DNA of 64,000 nt from the NCBI GenBank assembly GCA_045106235.1, contig JBGCEJ010000023.1:129052-193051 (forward strand), written 5' to 3'. Below, in pieces: positions 28,229 to 37,961 of this stretch (positions are counted from its first letter, which is position 1; every line of letters begins with the position of its first letter). This stretch comes from Myxococcota bacterium (GTDB lineage Bacteria > Myxococcota_A > UBA9160 > UBA4427). The position numbers and the translations under genes are program-made. The notes under the pieces are model-generated. The model saw only the letters and a program-made list of their open reading frames with translations, was not told the DNA's origin and searched no databases.

Positions 28229-30061
28229 GTGAATATTCTTGGTATCTCCGCGTATTACCACGACAGCGCGGCCTGCCTCATTCAGGACGGCAAGATCGTC
28301 GCTGCTGCGCAGGAAGAGCGATTCACCCGGAAGAAGCATGATCATCGTTTCCCGGAGAACGCGATCAATTTCTGTCTCGAAGAGGGCGGGATCAGCCGTT
28401 CCGATATCGACCTCGTGACGTTCTACGACAAGCCGCTGCTCAAGTTCGACCGGCTTCTCGAAACCTACATTTCCTACGCGCCGACGGGCTTCAAGCTCTT
28501 CCTGATGGGGATGCCGCTCTGGCTGCGTGAGAAGCTCCATACGCCGCGCGAACTCGATAAGGGCCTCGGTGGTGAGTACAAGGGCCGCTACGTCTTCACG
28601 GAGCATCACGAGTCGCACGCGGCGAGTGCATTCTTCCCCTCACCCTTCGAGGAGTCGGCTGTGCTGACCCTGGACGGCGTGGGCGAATGGGCGACCGCGA
28701 CGATCGCCATGGGCAAGGGCAACCGCCTGGAGATGGTCAAGGAGATGCGTTTCCCGCATTCCCTCGGGCTGCTCTACTCGGCCTTCACGTATTTCACCGG
28801 CTTCCGCGTGAACAGCGGTGAGTATAAACTGATGGGGCTCGCTCCCTACGGTGAGCCGATCTACAAGGACCTGATGATCGAGAAGCTGCTCGACCTGAAG
28901 GAAGACGGCTCGTTCCGAATGGACATGTCGTATTTCGGCTACTGCAATAGTGATGTCATGACCACGTCGAAGATGGACAGTCTCTTCGGTGGACCACGCC
29001 GCGAAGGCGAAACGGATATCACCCAGCGAGAAATGGATATCGCCGCGTCCATTCAGGCCGTGACGGAAGAGGTTGTTCTGCGCATCGCGCGCTACGCCCA
29101 TGAACTTACGGGCGCGAAGAACCTCACGATGGCGGGCGGCGTGGCACTGAACTGTGTCGCGAATGGTCGCATTCTTCGCGAGGGACCCTTTGAACAGGTT
29201 TGGATTCAGCCTGCCGCGGGCGATGCCGGCGGGGCGCTCGGGGCCGCGCTCTTCACGTGGCATGAGCTGCTCGATAATCCGCGCGAGGTGAATCCTCAGG
29301 ACAGTCAGTTCGGATCGCTGCTCGGGCCGCAATTCGGCAACGACGAGATTCGCGCCTACCTCGATTCGGAAGAGGCCGTCTACCACTACTACGAGGATGA
29401 TGACGAGCTCATCGATCGCATCGCCGAACTCCTGGCGAGCGAACACGTGGTCGGTCATTTCTCGGATCGCGCCGAATTCGGGCCTCGCGCCCTTGGTGCT
29501 CGCTCGATCATGGGCGACGGGCGCTCCCTGCAGATGCAGGAGACGATGAACCTGAAGATCAAGTTCCGCGAATCCTTCCGGCCATTCGCGCCGGCAATCC
29601 TGCGGGAGGACGTGCACGAATATTTTGAAATGCGTCCGGACGAGAACAGCCCGTACATGTTGCTTGTGGCGCCTGTGAAGGACGATAAACGGCTTCCGGC
29701 CGCAGACGCAGACCGTGCCAAGGGCCTCGATAAGCTCAAGGAAGTGCGCTCCGTGGTGCCTGCGATTACGCACGTGGATTACTCGGCGCGCGTGCAGACG
29801 ATCGATATGGAGCACAACCCGCGCTTCTACAAGATCATCGAGCGCTTCAAGCAGAAGACGGGAAGCCCGGTCGTGATCAACACCAGCTTCAACGTCCGCG
29901 GCGAGCCGATCGTAAACACCCCGGAAGATGCTTTCCGATGCTTCATGTACACGAATATGGACGCGCTGATTCTCGAGAACGTGGTGATCCTGAAACAGGA
30001 CCAGCCGAATGCGAAGGAAATCGACGTGGATGCCTACCTCAAGGAATTCGCCCTCGACTAA
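28229..30061 (+). CDS. Carbamoyltransferase (NodU/CmcH/SxtI family)
   Basis: MNILGISAYYHDSAACLIQDGKIVAAAQEERFTRKKHD, GGVALNCVANG and the C-terminal SFNVRGEPIV are family hallmarks. GTG start. Confidence 0.9.
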   Translation: MNILGISAYYHDSAACLIQDGKIVAAAQEERFTRKKHDHRFPENAINFCLEEGGISRSDIDLVTFYDKPLLKFDRLLETYISYAPTGFKLFLMGMPLWLREKLHTPRELDKGLGGEYKGRYVFTEHHESHAASAFFPSPFEESAVLTLDGVGEWATATIAMGKGNRLEMVKEMRFPHSLGLLYSAFTYFTGFRVNSGEYKLMGLAPYGEPIYKDLMIEKLLDLKEDGSFRMDMSYFGYCNSDVMTTSKMDSLFGGPRREGETDITQREMDIAASIQAVTEEVVLRIARYAHELTGAKNLTMAGGVALNCVANGRILREGPFEQVWIQPAAGDAGGALGAALFTWHELLDNPREVNPQDSQFGSLLGPQFGNDEIRAYLDSEEAVYHYYEDDDELIDRIAELLASEHVVGHFSDRAEFGPRALGARSIMGDGRSLQMQETMNLKIKFRESFRPFAPAILREDVHEYFEMRPDENSPYMLLVAPVKDDKRLPAADADRAKGLDKLKEVRSVVPAITHVDYSARVQTIDMEHNPRFYKIIERFKQKTGSPVVINTSFNVRGEPIVNTPEDAFRCFMYTNMDALILENVVILKQDQPNAKEIDVDAYLKEFALD

Positions 30062-30151
30062 TTCGCGACCGCGCCGGGTGATTCCTCGGCCAGTCCCTCA
30101 AGCATCGAATCGCGACTCGGAACCAACCGGGCGCGCGGAGAACAAGAACAC

Positions 30152-30598
30152 ATGAGTAAGATGATCGAGATCAACTGGGAACCCGATGACCGAACGCTGC
30201 GGCAGTTTGGGCTCATCGCGCTGGTGGGCTTCGGCTTTCTGGCGGGGATCGCTTGGTACGAAAAACTGATCTTCTCGTTCGGGCTGGGCGACTGGCGCGA
30301 GACCGTGGCGTACACGTTCGCGGGGCTCGGCGTCGTGAGCGCGCTCTTCTCCGCCATCGCGCCACGACTCAACCTGCCGATCTTCTTGGGGCTGACGCTG
30401 CTCTCGTATCCGATCGGCTTTGTGCTGTCCTACGTGATCATGGGCTTCCTGTTCTTTGGCTTGATCACGCCGCTGGGGCTGTTTTTTCGATTGATCGGGA
30501 AGGACCCCATGTACCGGACCTTCGATTCTGAAGCGACGACGTACTGGAATGATCCGCGCCCGAACCGCGGCAAGGAAAGCTATTTCCGACAGTTCTAG
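30152..30598 (+). CDS. SxtJ-like small membrane protein
   Basis: 148 aa with 3-4 TM segments. The N-terminal IEINWEPDDRTLRQFGL resembles SxtJ-family proteins that accompany carbamoyltransferases (from memory). Confidence 0.55.
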   Translation: MSKMIEINWEPDDRTLRQFGLIALVGFGFLAGIAWYEKLIFSFGLGDWRETVAYTFAGLGVVSALFSAIAPRLNLPIFLGLTLLSYPIGFVLSYVIMGFLFFGLITPLGLFFRLIGKDPMYRTFDSEATTYWNDPRPNRGKESYFRQF

Positions 30599-30658
30599 AT
30601 CGAGTCGAGACCCTGGCCGATCTTCACCATCCACACACGTTATTCACGGAGCAGAGAC

Positions 30659-30856
30659 ATGTCCGATAAAGATTCCAACGATTTTGCCGCGCAGGCGGGC
30701 GAGAGCCGAAACAGCCTGGCGGGCGAGTTCACCGACTTCCTGAAAGAGAACAAGAAGTGGTGGCTGGCGCCGATCCTGGTGGCGATCCTTGGCCTCGGCC
30801 TACTCGTGCTTCTGGGGGGCACCGCAGCAGCGCCCTTCATCTACACGCTCTTCTAG
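30659..30856 (+). CDS. DUF5989 (SxtK-like) small membrane protein
   Basis: 65 aa. FLKENKKWWLAPILVAILGLGLLVLLGGTAAAPFIYTLF matches the DUF5989 pattern as I recall it. Confidence 0.65.
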   Translation: MSDKDSNDFAAQAGESRNSLAGEFTDFLKENKKWWLAPILVAILGLGLLVLLGGTAAAPFIYTLF

Positions 30857-30921
30857 GCCGCCGGTCGCGACCGGAACTCCCGTGGCCTCCTGGTGGGGCA
30901 CGTTGGGGGCCTAGGTACAAC

Positions 30922-30970
30922 AAAAAAGCCCGCACATGGCCTCGATGGCCTGTGTGGGCTTTCTTGTTTC
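30922..30970. terminator. Rho-independent-type hairpin (A-tract and T-rich tail), between convergent units
   Basis: The sequence is caaaaaAGCCCGCACAtggcctcgatggccTGTGTGGGCTttcttgtttc. It has an 11-bp stem flanked by an A-run and a T-rich run. Confidence 0.6.
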
Positions 30971-31122
30971 TAGCCGTCTCGCGGTGCGCGCCAGCCAATG
31001 CGGCATGAGGCGGAAGTCTTTCATAGGGCGGCCGGGGCGCGCAGCCAGATGGGGCGGACGGTCGGATGGGATGGATTTCGCGCGCTTGGACGGACGGGGA
31101 CAGGGCTGTCGCCCGCTCGGGA

Positions 31123-31971
31123 TTAGTCGCCGATCTGTAGGTCCGTGGCCAGCCCTGCTGCGCGCGTGGCACTCATCGTCTTCGCCTTCATCTCGATGAA
31201 GTCCGGCGTGATGGGCGCGATCTGCTTTGAATAGGCCGAGAGAAGGACCCGGTCCGCCAGCAGGCTGATCAGGCGCGGGCAGCCCTGGGAGAACCAGTAG
31301 AAGACATGCTCAACGCCGGGTGCGAAGACTTCGTCGTAACGCCCGCCGGCCACGTCAATGCGGTGGGCGAGGTAGGGCTTCACCTGGTCTTCGGTGAGCG
31401 GCTGCATATGATGTTCGATCGCGATGCGCTGTCGAAGCTGTCGAAGCTGGGGGCTTGCGAGTTTGCGGATCAATTCGGGCTGCCCCGTCAAGACGATCTG
31501 CATGAGCTTCGCGGTGTCTGTTTCGAGATTCGAGAGCAGACGCACCTCTTCGAGCGTGGCCGCGTCGAGGTTCTGTGCCTCATCGATAATCAACACCGTA
31601 TTGCGTCCCGTCCGCAGGCGCTCGAGGAGCATGCGGTTGATCGCAATCAGGTAGTCCGCGGTCGTATCGAAGCGGCCCTCGATCCCGAATTCCGCAGCGA
31701 TGAGCTTGAGGAGATCCAGGGGCGTGAGCCCAATCGTATTGATGATCAGCGCCGTATCCGTCTCGCGCGGCAGTTCGCGGAGCGCGGCTCGGAGGAGCGT
31801 CGTTTTGCCGGTTCCGACTTCGCCTGTCAGCAGCAGGAAGCCTTTGTTGCGCGTGATGCCGTAAACAAGCGTCGCGAGCCCTTCCTCGTGGGTATCCGAG
31901 AGCCAGAGGAATCGCGGGTCCGGCGTCAGCGAGAAGGGCAGCTCTCGAAGGCCGAAGAAGCTTTCATACAT
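31123..31971 (-). CDS. ExeA-like AAA ATPase (secretion/PEP-CTERM-locus-type ATPase)
   Basis: N-terminal FGLRELPFSLTPDPRFLW. Walker A is GEVGTGKTTLL and Walker B is VLIIDEAQNL. Confidence 0.85.
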   Translation of the reverse strand: MYESFFGLRELPFSLTPDPRFLWLSDTHEEGLATLVYGITRNKGFLLLTGEVGTGKTTLLRAALRELPRETDTALIINTIGLTPLDLLKLIAAEFGIEGRFDTTADYLIAINRMLLERLRTGRNTVLIIDEAQNLDAATLEEVRLLSNLETDTAKLMQIVLTGQPELIRKLASPQLRQLRQRIAIEHHMQPLTEDQVKPYLAHRIDVAGGRYDEVFAPGVEHVFYWFSQGCPRLISLLADRVLLSAYSKQIAPITPDFIEMKAKTMSATRAAGLATDLQIGD

Positions 31972-32394
31972 TGTGATTTGCTCCTTCTGCGGATCGCGTC
32001 AGTCGTTTCAGCGCAGTAAGCCGCGCAAGTTGCATCGGTTCATGTTCCTGCGAGGAGCGATCCTCACCAGGTTGAATTGTGGATCTAATCACCGAATGGT
32101 GGAGTGCAAACGGCCGATCGCAGTTCCCTCTACGGCAAAACGATGCTGATTCCTGATATGTGTGGCCCTTCGAGGCCAAGATGGGCCGGGAAAAATGCCT
32201 GTCGCTACAGAAAGTTGCAGGGGGCTCATCCCCGGCAGGATATCCCCCTCCATGACCGCCCGTCAGGCGTCTTTGGCATATCGACCGGGCCCGCGCGCTG
32301 CGATTCCACCTCCGGGCCGTCCAGGGCCCTTCAGGGCTGCCTCAGCCTCTCTGTAGGACGTTCTAGGTCAGTCTTTGGGCCTTGCGCGGAGCCG

Positions 32395-33132
32395 CTAGCG
32401 ATTGACGCCCGCGGCAGCCCCGCCGAAGGAAGCAGCTCCGGATAGGATCGGCTGGAACGGGAAAAGGAGCATCTGCACCGCGTAGCCCACCTTGGCCAAG
32501 CCGGTCGGCGGCACCACGATCAGGTCGCCCTCGCGCACGACGAAATTCGTTGAGAGGTCGCCCTTTTGGATATCTCCCAAACGAACGTGGAGGACCACCG
32601 TCTTCAGGCCATTGGACCGAATCACCCGGACTTTGTTCAGAGAGGCAAAGGGGCGTGCGCCGCCGACCTGGCCGATGGCCTCGGAGACGCGCGTTTCCGT
32701 GTCGAGGGAGAACGTGCCCGGATCATCCACCTCGCCGTAGACCGTGACAAATTGGCTCGGCGAATCGACCACGGTCACGCTGACTGAGGCGTCGCGCTTG
32801 AAGCGGCTGATCTGTTCCTTGATTTCAGCGGCGATTTGGAGCGGCGTTTTGCCAGCGGCCTGGATATCGCCGATCAGATCGATGGAGATCATGCCATCCG
32901 GACGGACGCGGACTTCCCGCTCGATTTCCGGCTCGGGCAGAATATGAACCGCGAGCATATCGGGCGCGCCGACGACGTATCCGTCGATCGGGGGCGCCGA
33001 GGGCGGCGGGGCGGGATCGGGCGTCCTGCAGCCGACGAGGCCCAGCAGGAAAGCGCAAAGCAGCGTCAGAACGGCCGGACGCATAGAAGTCGATTGTGAA
33101 AACGAACGCACGATGAATCTCCCCAAACCCAA
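32395..33132 (-). CDS. Polysaccharide export lipoprotein (Wza/Poly_export plus SLBB, short form)
   Basis: Lipobox is LLGLVGC. YVVGAPDMLAVHI..VRPDGMISIDLIGDIQAAGKTPLQIAAEIKEQI is the Poly_export motif. The C-terminal GDLIVVP is SLBB-like. Confidence 0.85.
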   Translation of the reverse strand: MGLGRFIVRSFSQSTSMRPAVLTLLCAFLLGLVGCRTPDPAPPPSAPPIDGYVVGAPDMLAVHILPEPEIEREVRVRPDGMISIDLIGDIQAAGKTPLQIAAEIKEQISRFKRDASVSVTVVDSPSQFVTVYGEVDDPGTFSLDTETRVSEAIGQVGGARPFASLNKVRVIRSNGLKTVVLHVRLGDIQKGDLSTNFVVREGDLIVVPPTGLAKVGYAVQMLLFPFQPILSGAASFGGAAAGVNR

Positions 33133-33250
33133 TATTGAACGGATCCGCGCGGAGGAGCGCAGGATCGCGGGCGTACGCTATCCGGCCGAGTGGGGGTCGC
33201 GCAAGCCGCAGGCGTGGCAGGGGTCGATATGGGGCGTTCTTCGGAGGGAT

Positions 33251-33580
33251 TTAGTCTTTAATCAGGACGAAACGAAAAAGCGTTTGGCCGATCTGAATTT
33301 CGTCCCCTTCAGCGAGGGGAGCCGAACGGACGCGCTTGCCGTTGACCTTGGTTCCATTTGTGGAGGCCAGGTCTTCGATCACGTAGCCCGGGGTTTCTGC
33401 ATCAAAGAGGACGAGCGCATGTTCGCGACTGATTCCCTCGTCGAGGAGGGTGATATCCGTCGTGGGGTTCCGGCCGATGACGATTTCTTCGGCCGCGAGG
33501 TCGTAGGTCATCCCTTCGAATCCACCGTTCAGGATTTCGAGGCGTCCGGTGCCCATTTCTACATCGAAAACTGTGGTCAT
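33251..33580 (-). CDS. FHA-domain protein
   Basis: IVIGRNPTTDITLLDEGISREHALV..VIEDLASTNGTKVNGKRV is a canonical FHA core. Start trimmed to MTTVFD. Confidence 0.8.
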   Translation of the reverse strand: MTTVFDVEMGTGRLEILNGGFEGMTYDLAAEEIVIGRNPTTDITLLDEGISREHALVLFDAETPGYVIEDLASTNGTKVNGKRVRSAPLAEGDEIQIGQTLFRFVLIKD

Positions 33581-33680
33581 CTCGTGGTTGTGGCCTTGTC
33601 CGCAGAGGGTCCGCCCCCATGGCAATTCTGGGTGCAGCCTAGAGATCGGCGGGCCTGGGGATGACCTTGAGTGCGACGAA

Positions 33681-34520
33681 TCACGTGACCCGGCGATGTT
33701 CCAAAGCCGGGATGGCCTGCCGCACGCGGCGAAGGCGATCCAGAGAGCAGTCCGCGAGGATCACCCCGGGTTCATCGCCCGCCTGGGCCAAAACGAGGCC
33801 CCAGGGGTCTATGATCATGGAGCGTCCGTAGCTCGCCCGGTCGGCGCTGTGCTCGCCACATTGCGCAGGCGCCAAAACGAAGGTCTGGCTCTCGATCGCC
33901 CGCGCCCGGAGTAGAACCTCCCAGTGATCCTTTCCCGTCTCTCGGGTGAACGCGCTGGGCACCGTGATCCAATGCGGATCGTGGGGGATCATTGCGCGGT
34001 AGAGCTCGGGGAACCGCAGGTCATAACAGACCGATAGTCCCACGCCGCCGAATGCCGTGTCCGCGACAACGATTTCTTCGCCCGGAGCAAAATGGATCGA
34101 CTCTCGGTAGGCGTCCTCGCCGCCGGTTCCGAGAGAGACATCGAAAAGATGGATCTTTCGGTAGCGCGCGACCTCTCGGCCATCGGGTCCAAAGACGACG
34201 CTCGTATTATAAACACGCGCGTCTTCCGGATCCGCCATCGCCTCGGGAAAGGTCCCGCCCAGGAGCCAGACGCTATGCGTCTTGGCCCATTCTGAAAGGG
34301 CGCGGAGGATCTCCCCGTTCTCATCTTGGACGCAGGGGAACGCACTTCCCTCGCGCCGCATGTAGGCGAAGTTTTCCGGCAGCGCGACGAGTCCTGCTCC
34401 GCGTGCCGCCGCTTCGGCGATTCCGTCTCCGGCGATTGCGAGGTTGCGTTCGAGGTCATCCGTCGCGCAGACCTGAACGATCGCCGCGCGGACAGAGCCC
34501 TCGTTAGCCTCGGAATTCAC
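33681..34520 (-). CDS. Carbon-nitrogen hydrolase (nitrilase superfamily, Nit/YbeM-like)
   Basis: The E-K-C triad contexts are LVALPENF, YRKIHLFD and GLSVCYDLRFPE. Confidence 0.85.
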   Translation of the reverse strand: MNSEANEGSVRAAIVQVCATDDLERNLAIAGDGIAEAAARGAGLVALPENFAYMRREGSAFPCVQDENGEILRALSEWAKTHSVWLLGGTFPEAMADPEDARVYNTSVVFGPDGREVARYRKIHLFDVSLGTGGEDAYRESIHFAPGEEIVVADTAFGGVGLSVCYDLRFPELYRAMIPHDPHWITVPSAFTRETGKDHWEVLLRARAIESQTFVLAPAQCGEHSADRASYGRSMIIDPWGLVLAQAGDEPGVILADCSLDRLRRVRQAIPALEHRRVT

Positions 34521-35577
34521 CCGGATCGACGCCCGTTCGACGAATCACATCGTAGAAGTCCTTGCGGTCCTTCTTGGCCATGCGTGCCGCGCGGCTGATA
34601 TTGCCGGAGCAGCGGCGAAGGAGGCCTTCGACGTACCGCGTTTCAAAGGCGCGCTTGGCATCCTTGAACGAGGGGACTTCGTCGCCTTCAGTGGAAAGCA
34701 TCAAGGACTCGGCCGAGATTGCACCCTGACCAGACAGTCGAATCGCCTGTCGAATCCGTTCGCGCAGCTCACGGACATTGCCTGTCCAGGCCTCTTCAAT
34801 CAGCCAGCGTCGTGCATCTGCGCTGAAGCCCACGATTTCGATGGATTCTTCCGCGCCAAACTCGGCCAGGAAATGCGCAGCGAGGGGCAGAATATCTTCC
34901 GTCCGGGCCGCAAGTGGGGCGAGCTGGATGCGGTGGCCGCCGAGGCTTGAGGCTGCGTTTTCACCTTCCGGGGTCGCGGCTGCGGTGGCGAGGACGCGTC
35001 CGCGCGGTCCGCCGCGGAGGGCTTCGGCGAGTCGGCCGAGAACCGTCGGGCTCAACTGGTCGGCGCTTTCGATCAGAAGCGTTCCGCCTTCGGCGCGTGC
35101 GAGGGCACCCGGGTTGGCGGCGCTGCCGTCGCCGAAGAGTTCGCGAAGCTGAACGGCTTCGCTTGTTCCGGCAAGCTGGAGTTCGATCAGCGGACCGCCG
35201 GCTCGAGCGCTCCACTGATGAATGGCGCGGGCTACATGCTTGCGACCGCTTCCGCTCGGACCGGAAATCAAGACCAGGTCGTCAGAGCGGGAAATCGCAC
35301 TGGCCTGATCGACGACTTCCTGCATCTTCGCGCTCGCGGAGATGATACGATCACTGCGTCGGCGGCCGGTTGCGCGAGAGGCGCTTGCCGCAACGGCCGC
35401 AGCGTTCGGAGAATTTTGAGAAGGCACCGCAGAGCCCACGGCTGCCGCAGCAGGAGTCGGAGAAGCTGCGTTCGCCGTTGCTGCAGTGGTTGCTGCACTT
35501 GCTGCCGTAGTGGTCTCAACGCGGTGCGTTCCGCCAGTTAAACCAGCGGTCGAAGAAGTTGTACTGTGTTCAGTCAT
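34504..35577 (-). CDS. Sigma-54 enhancer-binding-protein-like regulator with degenerate AAA+ motifs and a Fis-type HTH
   Basis: Colinear with the NtrC central domain (..VLISGPSGSGRKHVARAIH.., ELFG.., GGTLLIESAD, WTGNVRELRE) and with the C-terminal HTH SGNISRAARMAKKDRKDFYDVIRR. The N-terminus is a T/A-rich low-complexity tail and there is no receiver domain. Confidence 0.7.
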   Translation of the reverse strand: MTEHSTTSSTAGLTGGTHRVETTTAASAATTAATANAASPTPAAAAVGSAVPSQNSPNAAAVAASASRATGRRRSDRIISASAKMQEVVDQASAISRSDDLVLISGPSGSGRKHVARAIHQWSARAGGPLIELQLAGTSEAVQLRELFGDGSAANPGALARAEGGTLLIESADQLSPTVLGRLAEALRGGPRGRVLATAAATPEGENAASSLGGHRIQLAPLAARTEDILPLAAHFLAEFGAEESIEIVGFSADARRWLIEEAWTGNVRELRERIRQAIRLSGQGAISAESLMLSTEGDEVPSFKDAKRAFETRYVEGLLRRCSGNISRAARMAKKDRKDFYDVIRRTGVDPGEFRG

Positions 35578-35811
35578 GGCACGAAGCCCCCAGGTGTAAT
35601 CACGACGTATCCAGAAGTATTGAGATTCCGGACGTTTGTCAATGATTATTGCGGGTCATTGAAGTCTTTAGTTCGAAGTTGACGCTGAATCAGACGAATG
35701 TTAACCCGGCGTTTATAGAATGGGCAAGAGTGGATTTCCCCGAGGAAAGCTCCGGTTCTGCAGCCCTTTACCCCCTTTTTTGCGGGCTTCTGAGCCCTCT
35801 AGGTCAATCCC

Positions 35812-37824
35812 ATGCCTCCCGAAAACCTTGATCCAGACGCGAAAACTCCTGAACACGACGAAAAAGGTCGGATTCGGCTGCTCTCGGACGCCCTGGTCGA
35901 CCAGATCGCTGCGGGGGAGGTCGTCGAGCGTCCTGCTTCCGTCGTTAAAGAGCTGGTTGAGAATAGTCTGGATGCGGGGGCGAAGCAGATCCGGGTCGAG
36001 GTCCGGGACGGCGGCGCCGCTCTCATCGTGATCACGGATGACGGCATCGGCATGTCGCCCGCAGAGCTCCCCATGGCGCTCCAACGACATGCCACCAGCA
36101 AGCTTCGCTCGGCGGCGGACCTTATGCGTATCGCCAGCTTCGGTTTCCGCGGCGAAGCGCTGCCCGCGATTGCGAGTGTGTCGCGCTTCCGGATCATGAG
36201 TCGCGTTCGCGGCGCCGAGCATGGCTACGAGATGCGGATCGAAGGTGGATCGGTCATTGCTGAGCATGAGGCGGGCGGTCCCGAAGGTACGCGCATCGAG
36301 GTTGCGGATCTTTTCGCGACGGTCCCGGCGCGGCGGAAATTTCTTAAGCGCGCGGGCACGGAGTGGGGCCATATCGCGGATTGGCTTGCTCGACTCGCGC
36401 TGGTGCGGCCTGATCTGCATCTCGAGATGCAGCGCGATGATCGCCCCGCAACGATCTGGCCCGCATGCGCGGATCTGCGTTCGCGTATCGCGATGATCCT
36501 CTCCGAGGACGATGCCGCCGCTTTGATCGAAGTTGATCAGGAAACGCCCATCTGTCGGGTGCATGCGTTCGTGTCCTCGCCCGAGCGAACCCGCGCGAAC
36601 GGCAATGGGCTGTACCTTTTCGTGAACGGACGCCCCGTGCGCGACAAGCTGCTTCGTCACGCATTGATTGAGTCCTACCGTGACCTTTTGCCGCGGGGCC
36701 GCTTTCCGGTCGGTGTGCTTTACCTCGAAGTGCCGCCGGACGTCGTCGATGTGAATGTGCATCCCGCCAAATGGGAAGTGCGCTTCACGGATCCGCAGTC
36801 GATTCATCGTGCAATTCGCCACGCCGTGCGGGACGCGATGGCGACGCGAAGTTGGCTCGGCGGGAGCACGGCGGCAGAGAACGCAGCGGAAGGCGGAGCC
36901 GAGCAGGGACGCGCGCCCCTCCCGCGGATGCAATTCGGGGGTTCGGGGTCGAACTCGGGCACGGGGCAGGGTGCACGTTCCGGCGAGGCCGGGGGCGCCG
37001 CGACGCCGACCACCCAGGACTGGATCTTCGCGGGCAACCCGGCGGGCAATCCGTCAGAGGCGCAGGACGGTTCGGCAAGCGATGGGGGGCATGTCGCGGA
37101 GGGAGCGAGCGGCGAGGGGGCCGCGGAAGATGATTCGCTTTGGGGGACGTTCGGGCCGAAGACGGCGCGCGTTCCGGAGGCGTCGCCGGTGGCATCGTTC
37201 GCATCGCTGCGAATTCTCGGGCAGCTGCGGGCGAGCTATTTGCTCGCGGAGGCCGAAGGGGGACTGCTCGTTGTCGACCAGCATGCCGCCCATGAACGGG
37301 TGCTCTACGAAGGACTGCGCCAGCGCTGGCTTGAAAGCGGTGTTGCGCGTCAGGGGCTGCTGACGCCGGTGCCGGTTGAACTGACGGCGGGGGCGATCGC
37401 TGCCCTTGAGGAGGCAGGGCCGCTCGTTGAGCGCCTTGGTTTTGAAATCGATGGCTTCGGTGACGACACGGTGCTTGTGCGTGCGATCCCAGCCGAAGTT
37501 TCCGGTCAGGATGTGGGAGAGCTTGTGAATGAGCTCTCCGCGGCGCTCGAGGAAGTCGATCGCAGCGGTGGGACGGACGGGGCGCTCGACGGAGACCGGC
37601 TCGACGAAAGCGCGACGCGCTGGTTGCCCAGTCTTGACCGACTCTTCGCGACGATGGCTTGCCATTCTGCGCGGCGATTTGGGGACCGGCTGCCTGAGCA
37701 TGAGCAAAAGGCCATCCTGGCGGGGCTCGATACCATTCCCTGGGCGCCCACCTGTCCTCATGGTCGACCGGTCGCGATCCTCGTTAGCCACGAAGACCTC
37801 GAATTGCGCTTCCGTAGGCGCTAG
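35812..37824 (+). CDS. mutL: DNA mismatch repair protein MutL
   Basis: IRLLSDALVDQIAAGEVVERPASVVKELVENSLDAGA, FGFRGEALPAIASVS and the C-terminal dimerisation domain QLRASYLLAE.. and DQHAAHERV. Confidence 0.9.
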   Translation: MPPENLDPDAKTPEHDEKGRIRLLSDALVDQIAAGEVVERPASVVKELVENSLDAGAKQIRVEVRDGGAALIVITDDGIGMSPAELPMALQRHATSKLRSAADLMRIASFGFRGEALPAIASVSRFRIMSRVRGAEHGYEMRIEGGSVIAEHEAGGPEGTRIEVADLFATVPARRKFLKRAGTEWGHIADWLARLALVRPDLHLEMQRDDRPATIWPACADLRSRIAMILSEDDAAALIEVDQETPICRVHAFVSSPERTRANGNGLYLFVNGRPVRDKLLRHALIESYRDLLPRGRFPVGVLYLEVPPDVVDVNVHPAKWEVRFTDPQSIHRAIRHAVRDAMATRSWLGGSTAAENAAEGGAEQGRAPLPRMQFGGSGSNSGTGQGARSGEAGGAATPTTQDWIFAGNPAGNPSEAQDGSASDGGHVAEGASGEGAAEDDSLWGTFGPKTARVPEASPVASFASLRILGQLRASYLLAEAEGGLLVVDQHAAHERVLYEGLRQRWLESGVARQGLLTPVPVELTAGAIAALEEAGPLVERLGFEIDGFGDDTVLVRAIPAEVSGQDVGELVNELSAALEEVDRSGGTDGALDGDRLDESATRWLPSLDRLFATMACHSARRFGDRLPEHEQKAILAGLDTIPWAPTCPHGRPVAILVSHEDLELRFRRR

Positions 37825-37961
37825 TTTCCCGCGCCGCAGCCGATTCGCCCTGATTTCGGGCGTTCCGTTTTCATTCTCGTCCGTTTTGGGCGCCGAGTTC
37901 GGCTGCCCCGACCGCCTCGCGACGGATGATCCCCGCCGGCCTGCGCAAAAGGTTTTGCCCC

